NCBI GenBank assembly: GCA_964586085.1
Contig: CAZPIR010000001.1
Location: forward strand, 15,676 to 61,291
DNA from: an uncultured Anaerolineaceae bacterium
Lineage (GTDB): Bacteria > Chloroflexota > Anaerolineae > UBA4142
DNA: 45,616 nt
Direction of reading: 5' to 3'
Shown here one piece after another: positions 25,284 to 32,413 of the stretch; the first letter of the stretch is position 1, and each line of letters begins with the position of its first letter. Below the pieces are notes generated by a model. That model was not told the DNA's origin, searched no databases, and saw only the letters and a program-made list of their open reading frames with translations. The position numbers and the translations under genes were made by a program.

Positions 25284-25880
25284 ATGGCAACCCAAACAGA
25301 ACTCATCAAGCAACTGCGTGAAGTGACCGGCGCGGGAATTCTCGACGCCAAAAAGACGCTGGAATCGTTCAACGGCGATTACGATAAAGCACTCGCCGTG
25401 TTGAAAGAAAAAGGGTTGAAATCCGCCGAGAAAAAAGCCGAACGTGTCGCCAAGCAAGGCGTGGTTGAAGCATACATTCACGGCGCCGGCAAAATTGGCG
25501 TGCTCGTCGAAGTGGCGTGCGAGACCGACTTTGTTGCCGCACTGCCGGGCTTTCGCGAACTCGCGCACAACATTGCGCTTCAGGTCGCGGCGACGAATCC
25601 GAAATACGTCGGCGTGGAAAGTATTCCCGCCGAAATCGTCGAAGCGCAAAAGCAAGCGTTTGCCGACGCCGCGATTGCGGATGGCAAACCGGCGAACATC
25701 GTCAACGAAAAAATCGTGCCGGGCAAAATGGAAGCGTTTTTTAAGGAAGCGTGTCTCCTGCGCCAGCCATTCATTCGTGACGATACCATGACGATTCATG
25801 ATCTCGTGCAGATCCAAATCGCCAAAGTCGGTGAGAACATTGTCGTCCGACGATTCGCGCGTTTTGAACTAGGACAATAA
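25284..25880 (+). CDS. tsf: Translation elongation factor Ts (short form)
   Basis: ELIKQLREVTGAGILDAKKTLE UBA-like N-terminus, immediately after rpsB. Confidence 0.96.
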   Translation: MATQTELIKQLREVTGAGILDAKKTLESFNGDYDKALAVLKEKGLKSAEKKAERVAKQGVVEAYIHGAGKIGVLVEVACETDFVAALPGFRELAHNIALQVAATNPKYVGVESIPAEIVEAQKQAFADAAIADGKPANIVNEKIVPGKMEAFFKEACLLRQPFIRDDTMTIHDLVQIQIAKVGENIVVRRFARFELGQ

Positions 25881-25889
25881 TTTTGGAGA

Positions 25890-25933
25890 GGGGAAATTAG
25901 TGAAAACAAGGGCAACTGATTTCCCCTTTTTTT
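25890..25933 (+). terminator. Intrinsic terminator or attenuator after tsf
   Basis: GGGGAAAT ... ATTTCCCC stem (21-nt loop) followed by seven Ts. Confidence 0.6.
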
Positions 25934-25966
25934 CACTGATTTCCCCCTTTAATTTTAGAGGGGGAC

Positions 25967-26686
25967 ATGGCGGAACCAAAATACAAACGCATCTTGCTCA
26001 AGTTGGGCGGCGAATCACTTTCGGGCAAGGGGCAAACTGGGATTGACCAGCAGAGCATTGCGTACCTCGCAGACGAAATTCAAGCGGTCAAGTCGCACAA
26101 GGTCGAAATCGCAATTGTGATTGGCGGCGGGAATTTCTGGCGCGGCAACGATCCGTACGCGCAAAGTATTGATCGCGCGACAGCGGATTACATGGGCATG
26201 TTGGGCACGATGATGAACGCGCTCGCTCTGCAAGACGCACTCGAAAAACGCAACATTTACACCCGCGTCCAAGCCGCCATTGAAATGCGCGCCATCGCCG
26301 AACCGTACATTCGTCGCCGCGCAATTCGCCACCTTGAAAAAGGTCGCGTCGTCATTTTCGGTGCGGGCACCGGCAATCCGTTTTTCACGACGGACACAGC
26401 AGGCGCGTTGCGCGCAAAAGAGATTGACGCGGACGTGATGATGAAGGTGACCAAAGTAGATGGCGTCTATGACAAAGACCCACTCAAGTACCCCGACGCC
26501 AAAAAGTTCGAGCGCATTTCGTACAACCAAGCGATTATGATGGAACAGATTCGCGTGCTCGACAACACCGCGCTCTCGCTGTGCATGGATAACGACTTGC
26601 CGATTATCGTTTTCAACTTTTTTCAACCGCGTTCCGTCGAACGTGCCGTCATGGGCGAACCAATTGGCACGTTGATTACAAAGTAG
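25967..26686 (+). CDS. pyrH: UMP kinase
   Basis: [13 protein letters not shown] and [10 protein letters not shown] motifs. Conserved position after tsf. Confidence 0.96.
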   Translation: MAEPKYKRILLKLGGESLSGKGQTGIDQQSIAYLADEIQAVKSHKVEIAIVIGGGNFWRGNDPYAQSIDRATADYMGMLGTMMNALALQDALEKRNIYTRVQAAIEMRAIAEPYIRRRAIRHLEKGRVVIFGAGTGNPFFTTDTAGALRAKEIDADVMMKVTKVDGVYDKDPLKYPDAKKFERISYNQAIMMEQIRVLDNTALSLCMDNDLPIIVFNFFQPRSVERAVMGEPIGTLITK

Positions 26687-26699
26687 CACGAGGTGACTG

Positions 26700-27257
26700 A
26701 TGATTGACGATGTTAAAGCCGATGCCGAAAGTAAAATGAAAAAGACGCTCGACGCGCTCAAACGCGAATTGCTCAGCATTCGCACCGGGCGCGCATCGCC
26801 CGCGCTCGTCGAGCCGCTCAAAGTGGATTACTATGGCACGCCGACGCCGCTCCAGCAACTCGCTTCGATTGCCGCGCCGGAACCGCGCCTCTTGACGATC
26901 AAGCCCTTTGATCCTTCGACGCTCTCGATCATCGAAAAAGCGATTTTGAAATCGGAACTGGGTCTCACGCCGAACAACGACGGTAAAATTATCCGGCTCG
27001 CGATTCCCGCGCTGACCGAAGAGCGTCGCCGCGACCTGACCAAGGTCGTGCGCAAACACATCGAGGAAGCACATGTGGCGCTCCGCAACGTACGCCGCGA
27101 TGGGTTGAAAGATTTGGAAGACCTCGAAAAAGAAAAGATGATTTCCGAAGACCAGCATTTCAAAGGCAAGGACCTGTTGCAAGAAGTGACCGACAAGTAC
27201 ATTGCCCAAGCCGATGAGATTGGCAAGAAAAAAGAAGCGGAAATCATGGAAGTCTAA
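26700..27257 (+). CDS. frr: Ribosome recycling factor
   Basis: GAGGTGA RBS. LSIRTGRASPALV and TEERRRDLTK are RRF signatures. Confidence 0.96.
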   Translation: MIDDVKADAESKMKKTLDALKRELLSIRTGRASPALVEPLKVDYYGTPTPLQQLASIAAPEPRLLTIKPFDPSTLSIIEKAILKSELGLTPNNDGKIIRLAIPALTEERRRDLTKVVRKHIEEAHVALRNVRRDGLKDLEDLEKEKMISEDQHFKGKDLLQEVTDKYIAQADEIGKKKEAEIMEV

Positions 27258-27274
27258 CAAGTCCGGTAATTGGG

Positions 27275-27335
27275 TAGTCAAATAGTCCGACTACTCGACC
27301 ACCCGACTAGACGACTATTCGACTAAACGACTATG
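27275..27335 (+). repeat. Eight consecutive 8-nt-period units: (TAGTCnnn)x2 then (CGAC[T/C]Ann)x6, running into the uppS start codon
   Basis: TAGTC starts at 27275 and 27283. CGACTA or CGACCA starts at 27288, 27296, 27304, 27312, 27320 and 27328. The ATG at 27333 lies inside the last unit, and no Shine-Dalgarno sequence is visible. Confidence 0.85.
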
Positions 27336-28052
27336 GAATTAGACAAGAGCGAACTCACCAAAATTCCGGCGCACGTAGCAATCATCATGGACGGCAACGG
27401 ACGTTGGGCAAAACAACGCGGCTTGCTGCGCAACGAAGGACACCGCGCGGGTGTGGAAAACATGCGCCGGGTACTTGAAGGCGCGGTCGAGTTTGGCGTC
27501 AAGGTGCTCACCATCTATGCGTTCTCAACAGAAAACTGGGGACGCCCGGATGCTGAAGTGCGCGGCTTGATGGGCATTTTTGAAGATGTGCTTCGCCGCG
27601 AGGTCGTCGAACTGCACAAGAACGGTGTCAAGTTGCGCCACTTGGGCATGCTCGAAGGCATCAGCGACGAAATGAAACAGTCAGTTGGGCAAGCCATCGA
27701 GTTGACCAAACACAATGATCGCATTACCTTGAATGTCGCGTTCAACTATGGCGGACGCGCCGAAATTCTCGACGCGATTCGTCGGATGATGCGCGACGGC
27801 ATCGCGCCCGATCAAGTGGACGAAACCGTATTCGCGCGTTATCTCTACACTGCCGGGTTACCCGACCCGGATTTGATTGTGCGCACCGCCGGTGAGATGC
27901 GCCTCTCTAATTTTTTGATTTGGCAATCGGCTTATGCCGAGTACTATAGCACGCCGACGTACTGGCCTGATTTCGATAAACAGGAATTGTATCATGCGCT
28001 CCGCGCGTTCAGTCAGCGCCAGCGTCGTTTCGGTAAATTGGAAAACGTCTAG
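27333..28052 (+). CDS. uppS: Undecaprenyl-diphosphate synthase (cis-prenyltransferase)
   Basis: [13 protein letters not shown], and the [20 protein letters not shown] motif. Confidence 0.96.
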   Translation: MELDKSELTKIPAHVAIIMDGNGRWAKQRGLLRNEGHRAGVENMRRVLEGAVEFGVKVLTIYAFSTENWGRPDAEVRGLMGIFEDVLRREVVELHKNGVKLRHLGMLEGISDEMKQSVGQAIELTKHNDRITLNVAFNYGGRAEILDAIRRMMRDGIAPDQVDETVFARYLYTAGLPDPDLIVRTAGEMRLSNFLIWQSAYAEYYSTPTYWPDFDKQELYHALRAFSQRQRRFGKLENV

Positions 28053-28070
28053 CGAACTCGAGTCCTCGCT

Positions 28071-28856
28071 GTGCTCAAAATCCGCGTTTTCAGTGTCCTG
28101 GTTCTCATCCCAATCGTCATCATAGCGACGATTCTGGGTGACCTCCCCTTTTTCGTGTTCGCGCTCGTCGGAATTCTGCTCTCTGGGTGGGAATATTTCG
28201 GCATGGCGCAACACGCCGGTCATTATCCGCAAAAATTTGTGGGGCTCACCCTCATCGCGCTCATTCTCCTCGACGCGCATTTTCGATGGAACCTGCTCCG
28301 CGAAATCGTCATCGGTGCGGTGGTGGTGACGATGACTTTGGCATTGTTTCGTCGGGATCGCGAGTGGCTGATTAGTTGGGCATTGACCTTGGTCGGCGCG
28401 CTGTACTTGGGCGGCACCGCCTCGTACGCCGTGCTCTTGCGTGCCGTGCCCAATGTCGGCTTTGCGTGGACGGCAACCATGTTCCTGACGAACTGGGCGT
28501 CTGACGCGGCGGCATATTTCACCGGCACGCGCATCGGCAAGCATCCGTTCTTTCCGGACATTAGTCCCAAGAAAACCCGCGAGGGCGCGATTGGCAGTTG
28601 GATCGCTTCGACGATTGCCGGCGGATTGTGCGCCTTGATTTTCGGCTTGCCGGTCGTGCACGGCATCGTCGCCGGGTTGGGCATCGGGCTTGCCGGCGCG
28701 TTCGGCGATTTAGCGGAATCGCTCATCAAACGACAGTTCGGCGCCAAAGATTCCGGTAATCTCATCCCAGGTCACGGCGGCATGTTGGATCGCATTGACA
28801 GTTTGTTGTTCGTCGCCGTGTTCACGTATCTGTACCTCGTTTGGATCGTGCGCTAA
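28071..28856 (+). CDS. cdsA: Phosphatidate cytidylyltransferase
   Basis: GTG start. CTP-transferase signature SLIKRQFGAKDSGNLIPGHGGMLDRIDS. Confidence 0.93.
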   Translation: MLKIRVFSVLVLIPIVIIATILGDLPFFVFALVGILLSGWEYFGMAQHAGHYPQKFVGLTLIALILLDAHFRWNLLREIVIGAVVVTMTLALFRRDREWLISWALTLVGALYLGGTASYAVLLRAVPNVGFAWTATMFLTNWASDAAAYFTGTRIGKHPFFPDISPKKTREGAIGSWIASTIAGGLCALIFGLPVVHGIVAGLGIGLAGAFGDLAESLIKRQFGAKDSGNLIPGHGGMLDRIDSLLFVAVFTYLYLVWIVR

Positions 28857-28895
28857 AACTTTGCCACGAGGCGTGTCAGTAATTTTTTTGTTTGC

Positions 28896-30821
28896 ATGTT
28901 TAATTTTCTCATCCCCGCGCTCACACTCGGCAATGTGATTTTTTCTGCCGCGATCATCATCGTTTCCTTTTCCTTGTTCCTCTATCTCACGGCAAATAAT
29001 TTTCGCAATTCCGTCGCGCGCTCCTTTTCCGCGCTCCTTGCCTTTATCGCCATCGTTTACGTTGGCGACGTGTTCTTGTCGCGCGTCGAAACACAGATGG
29101 ACGCGACCCTGTGGCTCAAGTTCAAATGGATCGGCATCGCGTTCATCCCCGCCGAGTATTTGCATTTCTCCGACGCCGTTTTGCGCTCGACGAATGCGTA
29201 CTCCCCGCGCCGACGTTTGGCGACCTGGCTCGCGTACCTCGCCAGTGGCATCTTTTTGTTCCTCGTCGTCCTCACCGACCTGGTTGTGCGCGATGGTTTT
29301 TTCTTTCCCCAAGCCGCGCAATTCGCGGCGGGACCCATGTTCCCGCTGTTCGCCGTTTTTTTCTTTACGCTGATTCCCTGGGGCTGGTACAATCTGCGTA
29401 AAGCGCGGCGACGTTGCCTCACCTCGACCACACGACGCCGGATGGATTACTTGTCCACCGCGTTCATCGCGCCGGCGTTGGGCGTGTTCCCGTACCTGAT
29501 CATCGCCAGTTTTCCCGCCGGATTTTCTCTGCCGATTTTATTGTTGCTGACCTTGCTCGCCAAAGCCGGCGTCGGCATGATGATTACGGTGATGGCATAC
29601 ACCGTCGCCTATCAAGGTGCGCTCGCACCCGACCGCGTGATCAAACACAACCTGGTTCATTTTTTATTGCGCGGTCCGTTTGTTGCGACAGCCGTCGTCG
29701 GCTTGATGCTCGCCGTGCCAACCGTCGAACGCTGGCTGGGGCTTTCGCGCGAAACGATTTTGTTTTCGACGGTCATCGTCGCCATTGTCACGCTCGAACT
29801 CGCGATCAATCTCGCCAAGCCGTTTCTCGACAAGCTCATTTTTTGGAGCGATCGATTTGAACTGGAACGCATCCAGGAAATTGACAATCGGTTGTTGACA
29901 ACGAGCGATTTGCGCCAACTGCTCGAAAATATTTTGAGCGCAACATGCGACCTCTTGCGCGTGCAACAAGGTTTCATCATTTCGCCCGAAGGCGATGCGT
30001 GGCGTATCGAGACGGTCGTTGGCACACGCGAACGCGTCCGGCAATTTCTCGATGCGACCGATTTTGAAAATGTCATCACCCAACACACCGGCGAGGGATT
30101 TGTCGCGTGCGATGGTTTTTGGTTGTGGCGTTTGCACGCGAAATCATCCGAGGGCGTACGTGGCATCATGGCCGTCGCCGCGCGCGCATCGCAACCGGAT
30201 TTGACCGAGCACGAAAACAAACTCGTTGCCGCGCTCGCCGACCAAGCCGAGCTGGCGTTAGAAGACCGTTTACTGCAACAAGGTGTGTTCTCTGTGCTCG
30301 AACAAATCAGCACCCAAATCGCGTTACTGCAACGCGCGGGGAACAAGCCGCGTTTCGTCGGCGCCTTGCAGACCGAGCGCGTCGAAGAAGAATTGTTGCC
30401 GGAAACCCCGGCGTTTCATCACGCGGTCAAGGACGCCCTTGATCATTACTGGGGCGGACCGAAACTGACGGCGAGTCCGTTACTCCGTTTGCACATTGTC
30501 CAGGATGCGCTTGCCGAACACGAAGGCAATCGCGTGCGCGCCCTGCGCGCGCAAATCGCGCAGGCGATTGACACGCTCAAGCCGGATGGGCAACGCTCGC
30601 TCACCGCGCCCGAGTGGGTGCTCTATAACATTCTCGAACTTAAATTTATTCAGGGCAAAAAAATTCGCGAGATTGCGTATCAGCTGGCGATGAGCGAAAG
30701 CGATTTGTACCGCAAACAAAAAATCGCGATCCAGGAAGTCGTCAAGACCTTGGCAACGATGGAAGAACAACATCAAGGCGACAAGGCAAGCGACCTGCGA
30801 CCGAGCGAAGACGAATTGTAA
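28896..30821 (+). CDS. Membrane one-component regulator candidate: N-terminal multi-TM sensor region + GAF-like middle + C-terminal sigma70-region-4/LuxR-like HTH
   Basis: About 300 aa of hydrophobic helices, a soluble middle region, and the C-terminal EWVLYNILELKFIQGKKIREIAYQLAMSESDLYRKQKIAIQEVV. No H-box or ATPase motifs are present. Confidence 0.7.
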   Translation: MFNFLIPALTLGNVIFSAAIIIVSFSLFLYLTANNFRNSVARSFSALLAFIAIVYVGDVFLSRVETQMDATLWLKFKWIGIAFIPAEYLHFSDAVLRSTNAYSPRRRLATWLAYLASGIFLFLVVLTDLVVRDGFFFPQAAQFAAGPMFPLFAVFFFTLIPWGWYNLRKARRRCLTSTTRRRMDYLSTAFIAPALGVFPYLIIASFPAGFSLPILLLLTLLAKAGVGMMITVMAYTVAYQGALAPDRVIKHNLVHFLLRGPFVATAVVGLMLAVPTVERWLGLSRETILFSTVIVAIVTLELAINLAKPFLDKLIFWSDRFELERIQEIDNRLLTTSDLRQLLENILSATCDLLRVQQGFIISPEGDAWRIETVVGTRERVRQFLDATDFENVITQHTGEGFVACDGFWLWRLHAKSSEGVRGIMAVAARASQPDLTEHENKLVAALADQAELALEDRLLQQGVFSVLEQISTQIALLQRAGNKPRFVGALQTERVEEELLPETPAFHHAVKDALDHYWGGPKLTASPLLRLHIVQDALAEHEGNRVRALRAQIAQAIDTLKPDGQRSLTAPEWVLYNILELKFIQGKKIREIAYQLAMSESDLYRKQKIAIQEVVKTLATMEEQHQGDKASDLRPSEDEL

Positions 30822-30848
30822 TCAAACCAATGAACCCGGAGAAAAATC

Positions 30849-32228
30849 ATGCCAAGTAAAAAACGGTACGTTCAAGTTGGGGTTGGACATCGTTCGCTGA
30901 TGTACTCGGAAGCGGCGGTGGAACAGTTTGCCGAATCGAGCGAGTTGGTGGCGTTGTGCGACAGCAACGCCGGTCGTTTGCAATTGCGCGCGGCGTGGGC
31001 GCGTGAGCGCGGTGTCATCCTCAAGACGTACCCGGCGGAACAGTTCGAACAGATGATTGCCGAAACGAAACCGGATGTCGTGATCGTGACGACGATGGAC
31101 GCAACGCACGACCAGTACATCTGCCGCGCGATGGAACTGGGTTGCGATGTCATCACCGAAAAACCCATGACGACCGACGAGCAAAAATGCCAACGCATTC
31201 TGGATACGCAGAAAAAAACCGGACGCAAATGCACGGTCACCTTCAATTATCGCTACTCTTTGCCGCGCACCCAGGTCAAGGACTTGCTCATGTCCGGCGT
31301 GATCGGGAATGTCGTCTCGGTGGATTTTCATTGGTTGCTCGACACACGACACGGCGCGGATTATTTTCGACGCTGGCATCGCAACAAACGCAACTCGGGC
31401 GGCTTGATGGTACACAAAGCAACGCATCATTTCGACTTGATGAACTGGTGGCTGTCGTCCGTGCCCGAAACGGTGTATGCCATGGGCGCGCGCAATTTCT
31501 ATTTGCCGGCAACCGCCGAGCGATATGGGTTTACCAATCGCGGCAAGCGCTGTCATGGTTGTCCCGAAGCAACCCAGTGTCCGTTCTATCTCGACCTCGC
31601 CGAATTTCCCGCGCTCAAAAATATGTACCTCGATAACGAGCAGTACGATGGCTATCATCGCGATCAATGCGTATTCAGCCCGGACGTTGACATCGAAGAC
31701 ACGATGAATGTGAACGTGCGTTATCGCAGTGGCGCGACATTAAGTTATTCGCTCCACGCATTCATGCCCTGGGAAGGGTATACGATTTCGTTCAACGGCA
31801 CGCAAGGTCGGCTGGAACATTTTTGCCAGGAAACGATTTACATCAGCGGCGATGGCACAGTGCCCGGTGAATTGGTGCACGAAGGAACCAAGATCAAGGT
31901 CTTTCCACATTTTCAATCGGGCTATGACGTGCCGTTGCAGATTAGTAGCGGCGGTCACGGCGGCGCAGACCCGATTTTGCTCAACGATTTGTTCGGCGCA
32001 AATCCACCGACCGACCAGTACAAACGCGCCGCCGATCAACGCGCGGGCGCATGGTCCATCTTGACCGGCATCGCCGCGAATCGTTCGGTGGCAACAGGAC
32101 AGCCCGTGCGCATTGATTCGCTCGTGCGCGACCTTGCGGAACCGGATTATCCGGCAATGCCAAGCGGTCACGAGCCGATTGACCCGCTCCCGCTAAAACG
32201 CTCGACCGCTTCACGCGTCGCAAAATGA
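30849..32228 (+). CDS. Gfo/Idh/MocA-family NAD(P)-dependent oxidoreductase
   Basis: GGAGAA RBS. N-terminal Rossmann VQVGVGHRS, DVVIVTTMDATH and EKPM motifs. Confidence 0.85.
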   Translation: MPSKKRYVQVGVGHRSLMYSEAAVEQFAESSELVALCDSNAGRLQLRAAWARERGVILKTYPAEQFEQMIAETKPDVVIVTTMDATHDQYICRAMELGCDVITEKPMTTDEQKCQRILDTQKKTGRKCTVTFNYRYSLPRTQVKDLLMSGVIGNVVSVDFHWLLDTRHGADYFRRWHRNKRNSGGLMVHKATHHFDLMNWWLSSVPETVYAMGARNFYLPATAERYGFTNRGKRCHGCPEATQCPFYLDLAEFPALKNMYLDNEQYDGYHRDQCVFSPDVDIEDTMNVNVRYRSGATLSYSLHAFMPWEGYTISFNGTQGRLEHFCQETIYISGDGTVPGELVHEGTKIKVFPHFQSGYDVPLQISSGGHGGADPILLNDLFGANPPTDQYKRAADQRAGAWSILTGIAANRSVATGQPVRIDSLVRDLAEPDYPAMPSGHEPIDPLPLKRSTASRVAK

Positions 32229-32305
32229 ATCGTCCTTCAAGCAAACGATCAATGCTGGCATGGATTCAAACGAATCCACGCCAGCGTTTTTTATCCGGCG
32301 TGGCA

Positions 32306-32374
32306 ATCTTTATACGATCTTTATGCGCCGCCCCTGCATCTTTATTCCGAGCATACGTTCAATCGTTTTACAAT
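32306..32374 (+). promoter_or_regulatory. Candidate OmpR-family (KdpE-like) binding site + promoter upstream of the KimA-like gene
   Basis: ATCTTTAT at 32306, 32317 and 32338 (start spacing 11 and 21 nt). GCGC follows repeat 2. TACGTT at 32354 and TACAAT at 32369 are -10 candidates. The arrangement is collinear with 34582-34650. Confidence 0.6.
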
Positions 32375-32413
32375 CAATGGGTCATTCAAACATTCTTTGC
32401 TAAAGGTCAACTC

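Noticed and set aside
24969-26821. Two long minus-strand ORFs (282 aa and 268 aa) across tsf and pyrH
   Set aside because: They are antisense to unmistakable housekeeping genes (EF-Ts and UMP kinase). These are shadow frames.
27275-27335. Periodic repeats as a possible CRISPR array (also 39610-39678)
   Set aside because: The units are only 7-8 nt with no spacers of 25-40 nt, and there are no cas genes. These are micro-tandem repeats, not CRISPR.
30822-31667. 281-aa minus-strand ORF
   Set aside because: It is antisense to the Gfo/Idh/MocA gene and has low-complexity Arg/His content. The same reasoning applies to 42316-43101 opposite kdpE, 39648-40202 opposite kdpD and 27858-28661 opposite cdsA.
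32225-32413. ORF-track start of the transporter at 32225, and a possible c-di-AMP (ydaO-type) riboswitch in this spacer
   Set aside because: The extension would overlap the oxidoreductase stop and run through the repeat-containing promoter. I looked for the pseudo-symmetric ACGGGG/CCCA-rich ydaO-like core expected upstream of Bacillus kimA and did not see it. An Infernal scan would be decisive.
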